Positions 1-13,249 of a stretch of DNA of 64,000 nt are shown piece by piece. A program made the position numbers and the translations under genes. A model generated the notes under the pieces. The model made no database searches, had not been told where the DNA came from, and saw nothing but the letters and a program-made list of their open reading frames with translations. The stretch comes from Eledone cirrhosa (lineage: Eukaryota). The stretch lies in assembly GCA_964016885.1 (NCBI GenBank), contig OZ024758.1, forward strand, positions 25,358,001 through 25,422,000, given 5' to 3'. The first letter of the stretch is position 1. Each line of letters begins with the position of its first letter.

Positions 1-743
1 CTGAATTCTTAACAGAAGTTCTCTTTTCTCTCTCTTTTTGTTATTCTATCTTTTATTCTGTCTGTCTTTGTTTTTAAATCCAGAAAGCAACAGCTATAAT
101 GGAACCATACATACATATATAAGGACCTTGTTTCAAAGGGGTACCAGGGGACAAGCCACTTCCGCCCCCCTACTTTTTCAAACCTCTATATTTTATTTTT
201 TGTTTATTTGATATAATTGTTTCTATTTTTGGCACAAGACCAGCAATTATCCCAGAGCATTACTGGTACTTTATTTTATCGACTCCGTAAGAATGAAAGG
301 CAAAGTTAGCCTCGGCGGGATTTAAACTCAGAACGTAAAGAGCCATGGCTCTGTGCTGCAAAGCAGGGTGTCTAATACTCTACCGATACTGCTGCCAAAT
401 ATTTGTCCAAAACACCATGCAGTGGATCGAACCCTAGACCTAATGATTACGAAGTTAACTAACTCTTCAAATGCCATAGTAACATAATAATTTTTGTACT
501 TACAGACGAGATTTACCAGACGATAGGAGTAATCATTTAGTGTTGGAGGAGAAAGACTAACCAAACAATGTATATACGTAGTAATTATTGGATAAAGTTT
601 CGGTTATACAGCATAAATCAACATCTACATAATCTATTGAAATATTTATAACTACTTAAAACTGTGCATTGCATTACATCAGTCTAATTGAATTACACTG
701 GAGAAATTCTGCAACATCTCCAGCGATTACATACAAGTCAATA

Positions 744-1121
744 CAGTTGTTCCCTCGTATTCGCGGGTGTTACGTTCCCAGAGCACCCGCGAAGAGTGAA
801 AAACCGCGAACATTGGACGTGGTCCGTAAAAATGCCTATAAACGTCAAATTATAAAGTAAAATATCATAAAAAAGAAGGAGCGTCTTATGCGAAGGGGCA
901 TCTTATGCGAAGGGGCGTCCAATAGTCCGGCAAATATGGTATATTGTTATTAATAATTTTAGCGTTAAAAAATATATAAATTGCCCCGAAAAAACCCATA
1001 AAAAATTGCGGAAGATATTTACGGCCCCGCGAATATGCGGTGGTTTCCACGAGCAATTATTAGTTAGGTTCTAAGGAAAATTCCGCGAATAACCGGGACC
1101 GCGAATGCCGAGTGCACACTG
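744..1121. mobile_element. Tc1/mariner (Tigger-like) MITE
   Basis: TA|cagttgttccctcgtattcgcgg ... ccgcgaatgccgagtgcacactg|TA imperfect TIRs with TA flanks. Confidence 0.65.
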
Positions 1122-1150
1122 TACTCCATATTTTCTTAGAACGTTTACAA

Positions 1151-1365
1151 CAGAGATTCTCAAACTTTTGGGGCTACCGCCACCCTCACAGCCACGTAAT
1201 ACCCTCAGCGCTCCCAACCGTATTTCCAGAGAGACCTGCCTACACACAAATTGTAAATAATATATAATAAATGAAATCGTTAATTTATATATAATACATA
1301 TAATATATATACTATGTATAAATAAATATTATATAGTTTTTATTTTACTATATTTATATATAATA
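1151..1365 (+). mobile_element. hAT-like MITE end, interrupted by a Helitron; second copy on the minus strand at about 56670-57282
   Basis: cagagattctcaaacttttgg terminus. The internal sequence is the reverse complement of 57165-57282 and 56710-56815. Confidence 0.6.
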
Positions 1366-2262
1366 CTAGCAGTGGTACCCGGCGTTGCACGGGATAAGGT
1401 ATTTTGGAACGCGGGCCGCCAACAGACCTAATCGTGGAAAAGGTGCATGCCTGGACAATATGTAAAGAAAATAAACAGAATACTCTGATGGCTGGGTAAT
1501 CTTTAAGATTTTACTCGCAGAAGCAGGAAAAATGCAGGTTTTCATCTAATGTGAGCCCTAGGGGATCAAGAAAATGAATTTTTTTTTATGTGCATAATAT
1601 GCCTTGAAATTTCGGGAAAATCAGCTAGACGTAACGCCTCAAAAGAACCCTAAAAAGCTGAAAAAATGAAGTTTTTCACTTAATGCGGGCCCTAGGCCAT
1701 AAAAAAAGTTGGATTTTCTTTGCTCACGGTATGAAGAAGAGACTGGCTAATACATAGTTACAATTTCAAGGAAATCGGTCTGACGTAACGCCTCACAAAA
1801 ACCCTAAAAACCCGAAAAAACGCAGTTTTTCACCTAGGGGATCAAAAAGTTGAATTTTTTTATGCGCATAACACTCCCCGAAACATAAGTAATACACATG
1901 TAAAGTTGGGTACTTCTCGAGTTTTAGGGATTCAAACACACACACACACAGACAGAGATCCTCAGGGAAGTGACGTAATGCAGACAGCCAGGTATACAGA
2001 CAGATATTATAAGGGCGCGACGTTTATATGTATGTATCTATTTAAAAAGAGAAAGACTAAGAATTATAGAGAGAGATCGCTAAATCGCCTAATGCGGTCC
2101 CTAGGGCATTGAAAATTTGAAATTTGTTTTGCTCAGAACACTCCCTGAAACATAAGTATTACATGTGTAAAGTTTGAAAACAGTCGGTTGGGTGCTTCTC
2201 GAGTTTTAGGGATTCAAACTCACACACACACAGACAGACATCCTCAGTTTTATATATGTAGA
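1366..2262 (-). mobile_element. Non-autonomous Helitron
   Basis: On the minus strand: A|TC start (atctacatatataaaa), subterminal hairpin cccgtgcaacgccggg, and CTAG|T end. Contains internal about 120-bp degenerate tandem units. Confidence 0.75.
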
Positions 2263-2464
2263 TATATGTTATTTTATATACTATGATATCATCTCGGATA
2301 AATGGTGGAAGCCGAAACCATTTAATGTGGGTGTCGGATACTGCTAAAGATGCGTACTGTCACATCTCCTGTTCATAGTATTCATGTACAGGATTGACAT
2401 CTGCAGTCGGGTGGAAAGTGGTATCAAGAGTGGCAGGTGTAAAATCAGTCGACTGGAATTTATA

Positions 2465-2940
2465 GACGACATGGTACTACTTACCTCGTTTACTGAAATT
2501 TGCAAACGAAGCCAGCGAGTTATGTAGTCATAACTCGCTGGCTTCGTTTTGCAGACGACATGGTATTACTTACGTGGCTTGAATTTGCAGACGACATGGT
2601 ACTACTTACTTGGCTTCAATTTGCAGACCACATGGTACTACTTACTTCATTGGCTTGAATTTGCGAACGACATGGTACTACTTACCTCGTTGGTTATAAT
2701 TTACAGACCACATGGTACTACTTACGTAGCTTGAATTTGCAGACGACATGGTACTACTTACGGGGCTTGAATTTGCAGACGACATGGTACTACTTTTGTG
2801 GCTATAATTTGCAGGCGACATGGTACTACTTACCTCGTTGGTTTGAATTTGCGGACGACATGGTACTACCTACGTAGCTTGAATTTGCAGACCACATGGT
2901 ACTACTTACGTAGCTTGAATTTGCAGAGGACATGGTACTA
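2465..2940. repeat. About 32-36-bp minisatellite (gaatttgcagacgacatggtactacttac...)
   Basis: About 13 tandem diverged units are visible. Confidence 0.9.
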
Positions 2941-2959
2941 TATAATTCACCAGAAAGTG

Positions 2960-3440
2960 ATTTCCGACATGCACTTGATAAACATGATGCCGCGTACTGC
3001 ACGACAGGAATGAAAATCAGGGCTGCAAAGACTGAGACACTCGTCCTCTCAAAGTAGCTTGTGCAGTGCACTCTACATGTGGGTGGAGCTCCACTGAGGA
3101 AGGTGGAGAAGTTCAAGTATCTCAGAGCCGTGTTCAAGAGTAATGGAAGGCCAGAGGGTAAATTAAACGCAATAATTGCAAGAGCTGGTGTAGTAATGCG
3201 CCAGCTTCAATAGAAGTTTATCAGAAGTAGATGTAAATGCCAAATTTACTAATTTTAATTCAGTATTCGGTGCCAACTCTTACCCATGGTCAGGAATATT
3301 GGGTAATGACCGAACAAATACAATTGGGAATACAAACGGCCGAAATGGGGTTCCTCCGAAGGATCTTTGAAGTAACGTTACTCGATAGAGTGTGTAGCTT
3401 GGAGATCAAGGAGTCACTCCAGATAGAGTTGATCTCATTT
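2960..3440 (+). mobile_element. Degenerate RTE-clade LINE fragment (RT C-terminal region)
   Basis: Frames contain GMKIRAAKTE, VEKFKYL and LTHGQEYWVMTEQIQLGIQTAEMGFLRRI, typical of RTE ORF ends, with stops and frameshifts. Confidence 0.75.
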
Positions 3441-3619
3441 CGTTCTGCTGGGGTACCGCCTTGATTTAGTCGATCATGTTGACTCTAGTACTTATTTTAT
3501 CGATCTCCTTTTTTGCCATACACACATATATATAAAGTTACGAAACACCGAAGATTGAAAGCGTTATCAAGCGGTAAATGAGTTTAACTACTCCCGTTAA
3601 TATTATTATAACCATAATA

Positions 3620-3812
3620 AGGCGGTGGATTGGCAGTATCGGTAGAGCGTCGGACGCCATGCTTTCCAGCATAGTTACGTCCCTTTATGGTCTGAGTTCA
3701 AATCCAGCCGAGGTTAACTTTGCCTTTCATCCTTACGGGGGTCAATAAAATAAAGTACCAGTAATGCACTGGATAATTGCTGGCCTTGTGCCTAAAGTAG
3801 AAACAATTATTA
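3620..3812 (+). mobile_element. tRNA-derived SINE with Meta-type core (representative of about 30 copies or fragments)
   Basis: A-box-like tggcagtatcggtagagc, B-box gagttcaaatcc, core aactttgcctttcatccttacggggtcgataaaataaagtaccag, (att)n tail. Other copies at about 215-400, 10505-10690, 13458-13558, 14308-14406, 22510-22608 and 34710-34898. Confidence 0.85.
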
Positions 3813-4084
3813 TAACCATAATATTAATACAACTTGTTGGCTTATTAATATCGAAAATTAATACAACTATTATATATATATTTTTAACTTTTGGTTATAT
3901 ATATATATAGTAATAATAATAAATTTGAAGACTAAAATCCAAAGAGGGTTCGATAAGAATAAATATATATCAAATATATAAGAACCGTAGAGCAAATATT
4001 TATTAAAATAACAGATTAAAGTTTAAGCAAAGAATCGCTGCTTTCACCCGACTTTAATCTGGCCTTGTGCCTAAAGTAGAAACA

Positions 4085-4139
4085 ATTATATATATTTCAA
4101 GAGTATCAAAACTTTGGTACGCTCTCATCAGATAAAATA
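4085..4139 (-). ncRNA. Hammerhead motif lacking the 3' strand of stem I
   Basis: Reverse strand: tattttat-CTGATGA-gagcgtacca...tgatactctt-GAAA-t-atat-a-TA, then a SINE tail where the stem I partner should be. Confidence 0.55.
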
Positions 4140-4242
4140 CAAAGTTTGTTTTATAAATATTGACATATCCAAGAAAAAATACCTTAACGGTTCAAGTTTT
4201 TCCTTGAAAAAGAATAAATATAGTTTCCATTTATTTAGTATC

Positions 4243-4302
<60 letters not shown>

Positions 4303-4338
4303 ATTAACAAATGGAAACTATATTTATAAAACCATATC

Positions 4339-4403
4339 TATTTTATTATACATATTTCAAGGATACAATGTTAAATTATGGTATGCTTTCATCAGACAAA
4401 ATA
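4339..4403 (-). ncRNA. Minimal type-I hammerhead ribozyme motif
   Basis: Reverse strand: tattttgt-CTGATGA-aagcatac...gtatcctt-GAAA-t-atgt-a-TA-ataaaata. Confidence 0.7.
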
Positions 4404-4483
4404 CAATATATACCAGTTTTATAAATAAATATTGACATACCCTTTCAAAATGCAACCGTTACTTTTGGAAGACATCAGGGATA

Positions 4484-4529
<46 letters not shown>

Positions 4530-4561
4530 GAATAATCGAGAATCGGAAAATCAGCTCACGA

Positions 4562-4624
<63 letters not shown>

Positions 4625-5871
4625 CTGATATTAAATAAATGGAAACTATATTTATTCTTATTTGCTCTACGGTTCTTATATATTTGATATATATTTATCC
4701 TTATCGAGCTCTCTTTGGATTTTAGTCTTCAAATTTATTATTATTACTATATATATATATATACACATATACATACATATATATATATAATTTGATCTCA
4801 AAGTCGACGAATCGTTGTGATTCAAGAGTATTCAGAAACACATGATGGAATTAAAAAAAAAACTGTGTTTGTGTTTGTATGTGTCTGTGTATGTGTGTGT
4901 CTGTGTTTATGTGTCTGTGTTTGCGTATGTCTGTGTGTGTGTGTGTGTCAGTGACTGTGTGTGCCTGTGTCTGTGTTTGTATGTGTCTGTGTATGTGTGT
5001 GTATGTATTTATGTGTCTGTGTTTGCGTATGTCTGTGTGTGTGTGTGTGAGTCTGTGACTGTGTGTGTCTGTGACTGTGTGTGTCTGTGTTTGTGTATGT
5101 TTGTGTTCGTGTGTCTGTGGTTGTGTTTATGCGTGTATTTAATTTATTATAGTTTAATTTAATCTTTTTTTAAACTTCTTTTAGTGACGTATAGTCAGTC
5201 TTTCGATAGCCATTTTCCTCTCGATACTTGATGTACCATTGTACATCTGTTGTCCAGCTTCGTTGGCGGTGACGTTCGGCTTAGTCTCTGACGTAGAAGG
5301 GACGTCAGTCAATTGAAATGAAATTGGAATGGGTATCGGCTAATTGAGTTGACCCTTAGAATGCTTGCCTTTTTAAACTTATGACATTAGGGGGAGGAGT
5401 AAGGAAGTGTTTTTACGGTGAAAAGTTTTGTACACATACACATGTATTTGTATGTATAGAGATATACTGAAATGTTATATGTATGTTTATAGCTATGTGA
5501 ACGAGGAAGTTTGGTACATGTTGGTATAAACATAAACAAAGGCGCATCTTAGTGTTTGTGGGATGGAGGTGCCGGGTTTACCATTGTACTGAGGTGTGCT
5601 TAAGCACAAGGCCCCGTTGGCCAGGGTGGGGGGCTTCTTCCTGTCAAAAAAACTTTTTACGATGAATTTTTCAAATGTAAGGGGTTTCATAACTTAACTA
5701 GCACAGAGCCTTATTTGTCCTAAATCCGGCACTGTGTGGTGGTTATAATAAATACAAGGCTAGACTAAAAATTAAACAAAATAAGCGCGTGTTTAGGGGG
5801 TTAAGGAGAGAGGGGAACCATTTTATCCAAATTAAATATATTTGCCATTAAAATTTTTTTTTTAAATAAAG

Positions 5872-6075
5872 ACTATATATATGCGGAGGTACCATACTAT
5901 TTTAAGAGGTTAGGGGTCACGGATTAATATATTTGCGAGGGTACCACAATATTTTAAGCGGTTAGGGGTCTCGGACTAATATATATGCGAGGGTACCATA
6001 CTATTTTAAGCGGTTAGGGGTCTCATTCTATATATATGTTGAGGTACCATACTATTTTAAATGGTTAGGGACCTC

Positions 6076-6126
<51 letters not shown>

Positions 6127-6358
6127 GTTATTCCGGGTTGAATCGGAGGTAACCACAGTAAGTAAGGTACTCAATACATAGCAGAGTATAACAGTTTTAA
6201 TATAGATGAGATTCTACAGGACTAGAACTGTTTCATTCATTAGAAATCATCATATATATATATATATATATGCGGAGGTACCATATTTTAAGCGGTTAGG
6301 GACCTCACTCTATATATATGCAGAGGTACCAATATTTTGAGTGGTTAGGGGCCTCGGA
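5872..6358. repeat. About 48-bp degenerate minisatellite (atatatgcggaggtaccatactattttaagcggttagggg...)
   Basis: About six units, interrupted by a (TA)n-flanked insertion at about 6080-6270. Confidence 0.75.
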
Positions 6359-6494
6359 CATACTCTGGCTCTGTTTGAATGTATTTATTAAATGTGTGCA
6401 GTTTTACATGCTATCTCATACACTTATATAAATAATTGATATAGGGATACATCTTCTATATACCCGTTTATATGCCTGAACTTTCTTATATGTA

Positions 6495-6653
6495 TGTATG
6501 TTTGTGTGTGTGTGTGTGTGTGTGTGCGTGTATGTGTGTGTGTGTACGTGAGCGTGTGTATGTGTGTGTGTGTGTTTATATAAATGTATTTGGACAAAAG
6601 TACATATATATGTATGCATGTGTAACGTATAATACATACATATATATACATAT

Positions 6654-6706
<53 letters not shown>

Positions 6707-6787
6707 GTGCGAAAATGTGTGAGGGGTATATATTGTTTATAAAGGAGTGGAAAGTAAGAGCATAAGTTACAAGCATGCATTTATATA

Positions 6788-6827
<40 letters not shown>

Positions 6828-7129
6828 TAATATATATATATATATATGTATGTATGTATGCGTACGCGTAATTCCATATATATATATATGTGTGTGTGTA
6901 GTGTAATTCCATATATATGTTTGTATGTGTACGCGCAATTCCATATATGTGTGTGTGTATGTATGTATGTATGTATGTATGTATGTATGTATAACAAGTG
7001 AGGAGAGACTGTTTGCATTTCAGTGTAGATCTGCCTATATATATATATATATATATAGAAATAGAGAGAGATAGACATATATATACACTAATTGCGCGTA
7101 CATATATATATATATTCTATACTTTTCAT

Positions 7130-7163
<34 letters not shown>
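6495..7163. repeat. Compound (TG)n/(TA)n/(TATG)n microsatellites (representative; similar blocks at 4240-5130, 7790-8400, 9835-9990, 13127-13247, 14730-15580, 17535-18565, 19265-19950, 47200-47530, 55645-56205)
   Basis: Directly visible dinucleotide tracts. Confidence 0.95.
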
Positions 7164-7279
7164 TAAGCTAGCTGGCGATAATGTAACAAGTGTCAATGTT
7201 GCTGAACACATTGCCCTTGTGAGTTAGATGGGTTACTTGACTAGTTCCCACCCCCTCCCTCCACCACTGTTGCACACCT

Positions 7280-7505
7280 CACCACAAACCATCCTCCTCC
7301 CCTACACCGCGTAAAAAAAAAAAAAACCCCCTCATAATGCGTTGCCATTGGTCGTTTGTGGAGAGGCGGAGCGATTTCGCAAATGTTAGCTGGCTTGAAA
7401 CAGGAAACTTAATCAGGGAAGGCCGACTGTGGTTCTTCGAGGAACGGTGTGTGTGTGCGTGCGCCAGAGTTCTCAGTGGGGTTTCAATCTGGCTGTTGAC
7501 CGACC
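7280..7505 (+). promoter_or_regulatory. Putative proximal promoter / 5' UTR of the metalloprotease gene
   Basis: Unique, GC/CpG-richer sequence directly upstream of the ATG, with an inverted CCAAT (attgg near 7347) and a GC-box-like gaggcggag near 7361. Position-based inference only. Confidence 0.35.
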
Positions 7506-7605
7506 ATGCGGTCTGTGATGGTGGCATTTCTAATGCACTTCTGCAGTAGCATGTTCCGTTCGTATGAAGCATTCGGCCAATCCACTGACCATACTTATCC
7601 TAAAG
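7506..7605 (+). CDS. Putative first coding exon (signal peptide-like) of an ADAMTS/ADAM-family metalloprotease
   Basis: gaccATG start, [33 protein letters not shown], then an AAG|gtttgt donor in phase 1 that matches the phase-1 acceptor at 8684 (G+AT = Asp). Lies in a rare non-repetitive, CpG-retaining island. Confidence 0.65.
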
Positions 7606-7844
7606 GTTTGTCGATTTGTAAAAAAAAAAAAAAAAAAGATTTTTTTTTTAAAAATATATATATATGTGTATATATATATATCATATATATCATCTCCTCT
7701 CCAGAAATATTACCGATTTAACATAATGGATATATCTCGGACTTCGTTGTTTCGTTGGAGCGATCATGGATTTCAATATTTCATTGTGCACACACATTAT
7801 ATATACATGTATATATACACACATTTACATAAACTATATATGCA

Positions 7845-7904
<60 letters not shown>

Positions 7905-7984
7905 TTTACATAAACTATATATGCATGCATATATATATTTATATATATATATATATACACACATTTACATAAACTATATATGCA

Positions 7985-8026
<42 letters not shown>

Positions 8027-8324
8027 TTTACATAAACTATATATGCATGCATATATATATATATATATATATGTGCATGTATATATTTATATATATATAT
8101 ACACAAATACATAAACTACATCCAAACGCACTCACCACTCACATATATGTGTATACATACACACAAATATATATATGCATGTATATATACACACATACAT
8201 ACATACATACATACATACATACATACATACATACATACATACATAAACTACATCCAAACACGCACAGACACACACACACATATATATATATATAGTGTAT
8301 TCTTACACTACATATATCTATCTA

Positions 8325-8403
<79 letters not shown>

Positions 8404-8451
8404 TATTCAAAATATTAATAAATGAAGACGTTCACATACTCAAAATATATG

Positions 8452-8513
8452 TTTTATTATATATATTTCGGAGGTACTGTGCTGTTTTTTCAGTACGTTC
8501 TCATCAGATAAAA
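8452..8513 (-). ncRNA. Minimal type-I hammerhead ribozyme motif in intron 1 (antisense)
   Basis: Reverse strand: ttttat-CTGATGA-gaacgtactg...cagtacctcc-GAAA-t-atat-a-TA-ataaaa. Confidence 0.7.
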
Positions 8514-8573
8514 TATATGAATTGATGTATGACATACCTCAATTGTCTTGATGGTTCAATTCCAGTATTGGCA

Positions 8574-8618
<45 letters not shown>

Positions 8619-8683
8619 ATTTATATTAATGCATTGAATAATATAGAATATATATATTTGTTTTTTGTCTTCTTCATTCTCAG

Positions 8684-9039
8684 ATATGGATGGTACAGTC
8701 AGTGGATTACCTGGTTTTGCGGTTGTCTTCCCCGCTATAGTGAATATTAGCAGACCGGGAAGAAACGTCGGTGACAGAGAAAACCACTATAAAGACAGGA
8801 ATTCGATTTCCCCATGGAGACCAAAGGTTACATACAAAATTATTGTACACAATCGGACGTTAATTTTAAACTTGGAATTACATTCGGATTTTATTTCACC
8901 GTTTTTAATAGTAAAACATTTTAATGCTAGTGGAAGGAAGTTTCACCAAAAGCCTTCGACTTGTCTTAAATGTTTTTACCAGGGAACTATAAATAATAAC
9001 CCGGAAAACAGGGTCTCCGTTAGTCTGTGCAATGGAATG
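8684..9039 (+). CDS. Prodomain (reprolysin/M12B propeptide) exon of an ADAMTS/ADAM-family metalloprotease
   Basis: Pyrimidine tract plus cag acceptor at 8681-8683 and ATG|gtaagt donor at 9040. Translation contains AVVFP...YKIIVHNRTLILNLELHSDFISPFLIVKH...CFYQGTINNNPENRVSVSLCNGM, matching the M12B propeptide pattern (L.L.L.....F....F / C.Y.G.......S.C.G). Confidence 0.9.
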
Positions 9040-9833
9040 GTAAGTTAATTAATTCTTTTTCATTCACTTTCTTTCATTTTAAACACTTTTTTCTTGTTTT
9101 CTTTGGCCAGTTCTTCATAAAAGTTTTGGCTCCTGTCAACCAACAGTTGTCAAATTATATTTAAGTCGAATGCTGTCTGTCAAAAAATCAGTCTCTCTAG
9201 GATTATAACTGAAAAGTTATAATTGATATCGGCTTATTGGAGAGATCAATAATTTGAATTTAAGAATATATGTTGCTAAAGTTTTATTCGCTTAGAACTG
9301 TTCCTTATTATCCGAAGAATGTTTTGGGATTTTTGTCCCCCCCCCCCACATCCCTCTTGATTAGTTTGGTTCAATTAAGATACGCTTCTTTATGAATGTA
9401 TGAATGAATGTATATATATACGAGTAAAATTATTACCTGTATGTATTGAATGTATATTTTGCTTGCAAGAGTGCTTGTAACGATTTAGAATAACAAATTT
9501 CTTTACAACGTATTTTGCCGTTTTTCTTCTAATATATAAGGAACAATTTCATTCCCGGGCAACGCCGAGTGCCTCTGATAGTTCAAGTATAAACAGTATA
9601 TGTATATATAGAGAGAAAGGACCATATATCTATGAGAAAACACAACATATTGCATATATACAGAGCACATATTTCAAAAGATTTCTTCACATTTATATAT
9701 ATATATATATATATATAATGACTTCCTTCGAATGAAACAGTTCTAGTCCTGTAGAAGCTATTTCTATATTAAATATATATATTCTGCTATGTATTGAGTA
9801 CCTTATTTACTGTCGTTACTCCCTATTGAACCC

Positions 9834-9996
<163 letters not shown>

Positions 9997-10905
9997 TAAA
10001 ATGTTTGCTTTCTGTCGGGTATTTACAATAATAATATATATATTGTTGATATAGTAATTTGTTATAGTAAATTAATTGGAAATAAATGAATAAATCAGAG
10101 AGAATAATTGAATAAATGACATTTTCTGCCTGAGCACACACCGAATATTAGCACATGTACATTTATTTACATAGTAAATGTAACTTATGAAATGTGGTCC
10201 CTTGTTTTGTTATTGGGCCTGTAAGATTTATTAAATTATCATAATTTCGTTAAATATATTGGACATTTCTAAAACATTATGAAGCGGTGATTGGATGTTT
10301 TTATAATTTATATAATTTATATAATGGTTTCTGATTTAGGCACATAGCCACCAACAATTTTGGGGGAGGGGAAAGTCGATTAAATCGATCCGAGAAGAAC
10401 CGCTTTATTGTTAAATAACTGTACATAAGTTGCTGTCTAATAAAAATTCTACCACACGCTCTTTATGTTTACATCAATAATATATAATTTATATAATTTA
10501 TATAATTATTTCTACGTTAGGCATAAGGCCAGCAATTACCCAGTGCATTACTGGTACTTTATTTTATCGACCCCGTAAGGATGAAAGGCAAAGTTAACCT
10601 CGGCGGGATTTGAACTCAGAATGGCAAGGGCCGTAACTCTATGCGTCAAAGCATGGTGTCCGACCCTCTACCAATACTGCCAATCTACCGATATCATTTA
10701 TATAATGACACCTTTTATGTAACTTCCACCTGATATAAATAGGTTTGCGTGTGTTTGTTGTTTTCTCTGTGTAGTGTTTATTTATCATAAACGCACACGC
10801 ATATATATATATACACACACACAAAGGATTGGATTGCTATAGAAGATAACTTCATTTCTATCATTTATTAACTTATTTACTGAGAATAAACCGCTTTATT
10901 ACTAA

Positions 10906-11432
10906 CTAGCAGTAAAGCCCGGCGTTGCTCGGGGTCGCTCAGTAGCTGTGTTAAAGTTACAATGTTAAGTTTCTTTTTTGGCTTAAAAACTGTAGTGTCT
11001 ACTGTGCAGACTTGCATGTGGTGTTTTTGATTAATATTCCCTCAACCAACAATATGCGTTATGAAGTTAAGAAAACATAACGATAACCCGAATGTTATAA
11101 CAAAAGAGGATGCTGGGGATAGAAACTGCACTGGTTATTTATTAACAAAGATCGAAAATGTAAACACTGCAACGCAGAGAAAAACAACGTAAGACGCTCA
11201 ATGTAAACAGAACAAAGGGAAATAACTCGTCACTTACGCTCAAAAATCGATACATTAGATTCGATTTCGTCACATAGGGTGGGTCAATTTGAAATATTTT
11301 TTTTCCGATGTCTTCGCTAGGGCTCAATGTACAAGTATAGCAATTTCGGTGCAATTCCGTGAGAGATTCTAAGAGGAGATGTGTGCCAAAAATCGATAGA
11401 CAGACAGACAACCACAGCTTTATATATATAGA
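10906..11432 (-). mobile_element. Non-autonomous Helitron (same termini as 1366-2262, different interior)
   Basis: a|ctagcagtaaagcccggcgttgctcggg ... cagacagac...tttatatatataga|t. Confidence 0.75.
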
Positions 11433-11447
11433 TTAACTAACCAGGAC

Positions 11448-12108
11448 AGTGGATTGGCAGTATCGGTAGAGCGTCAGACACCATGCTTCGCGGAATATAA
11501 TGATGGTCCTTTACGGTCTGAGTTCGAATCCCGCTGAGGTTAGCTTTGCCTTTTATCCTTACGGGGCCGATAAAAGTACCAGTAATGCACTGGGATCGAT
11601 TTAAACGACTTTCCCCAAAATTGTTAGCCTTGTGCCTAAATCAGAAATCATTATTAAATCGGTGGATTGGCAGTATCGGTAGAGGGTTGGACGCTATGCT
11701 TTCTAGCATAGTTACGTCCATTTACAGTCTGAGTTCAAATCCCGCCGAGGTTAACTTTGCCTTTCATCCTTACGGGGTCGATAAAATAAAGTACCAGTAA
11801 TGTACTGGGTAATTGCTGGCCTTGTGCCAAAAGTAGAAACAATTATTAAATAACTAACTAATAAGTATCTGTCTCTGTGGCCGTAGTGGTAGGTGTTGAG
11901 ACAGTAGAGGGTCTGTTCTGGGGTTCAATCTCAGTCAGGAATCTCTCGGTGGATTGGCAGTATTGGTAAGGGTCAGACATGCTTTCCAGCGTAGTTACGT
12001 CCTATTACAGCCTGAGTTCAAATTCCACCGAGGTCAACTTTGCCTTTCATCCTTACGGGGTCGATAAAATAAAGTACCAGTAATGTACTGAGTAATTGCT
12101 GGCCTTGA
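11448..12108 (+). mobile_element. Cluster of three same-orientation Meta-type SINEs
   Basis: Three heads (11448, 11660, 11947), each followed by the core. Confidence 0.85.
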
Positions 12109-12258
12109 TTAAATAACTAACTGTAAATAAGTTGCTGTCTATCATATAAAAATATCAACACACACACACACACTTCGTGTTTGCATTAATACTATATATA
12201 CACTTTTATTGTGAAAAGGTAAAAAAAATTAAAATTTACTATTTACACTTAAAACATT

Positions 12259-12751
12259 GTTTTAAACATATCAATATATTTTGGTTATTATTTTGGTTTA
12301 AACATATCAATATATTTTGGTTATTATTTTGGTTTAAACATATCAATATATTTTGGTTATTATTTTGGTTTAAACATATCAATATATTTTGGTTATTATT
12401 TTGGTTTAAACATATCAATATATTTTGGTTATTATTTTGGTTTAAACATATCAATATATTTTGGTTATTATTTTGGTTTAAACATATCAATATATTTTGG
12501 TTATTATTTTGGTTTAAACATATCAATATATTTTGGTTATTATTTTGGTTTAAACATATCAATATATTTTGGTTATTATTTTGGTTGGTTATTATTTTGG
12601 TTTAAACATATCAATATATTTTGGTTATTATTTTGGTTTAAACATATCAATATATTTTGGTTATTATTTTGGTTTAAACATATCAACATATTTTGGTTAT
12701 TATGTTGGTTGGTTATTATTTTGGTTTAAACATATCAATATATTTTGGTTT
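12259..12751. repeat. 33-bp minisatellite (tttaaacatatcaatatattttggttattattttgg)
   Basis: About 14 near-identical tandem units. Confidence 0.95.
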
Positions 12752-12955
12752 ATAAAATATTATTTTAAATTGATATAATGTAATATTAGAACTTTTACTT
12801 TCGGAATCATTAGAGAGTCATCTCTACCTTGGTATGAGTTTAATTACCCTCACCGGGTACCAAATGACTATATTTAAGATGTATACTTATGTATGTATAT
12901 ATAATTATATGTATTGTTATATTTGGGGAGCGTCATATTATAATATTGCCAGGAA

Positions 12956-12989
<34 letters not shown>

Positions 12990-13123
12990 CATACATACAT
13001 ATATTAAAGTGAACAACACAATATATAACTACTATATATATATTGTGTTCACTTTATAATTAAATAGCTCTGTTCTATACATAGAGCACTCTATTTTTCC
13101 TTTGCTTTTTCTTCGGAAATACC

Positions 13124-13249
<126 letters not shown>

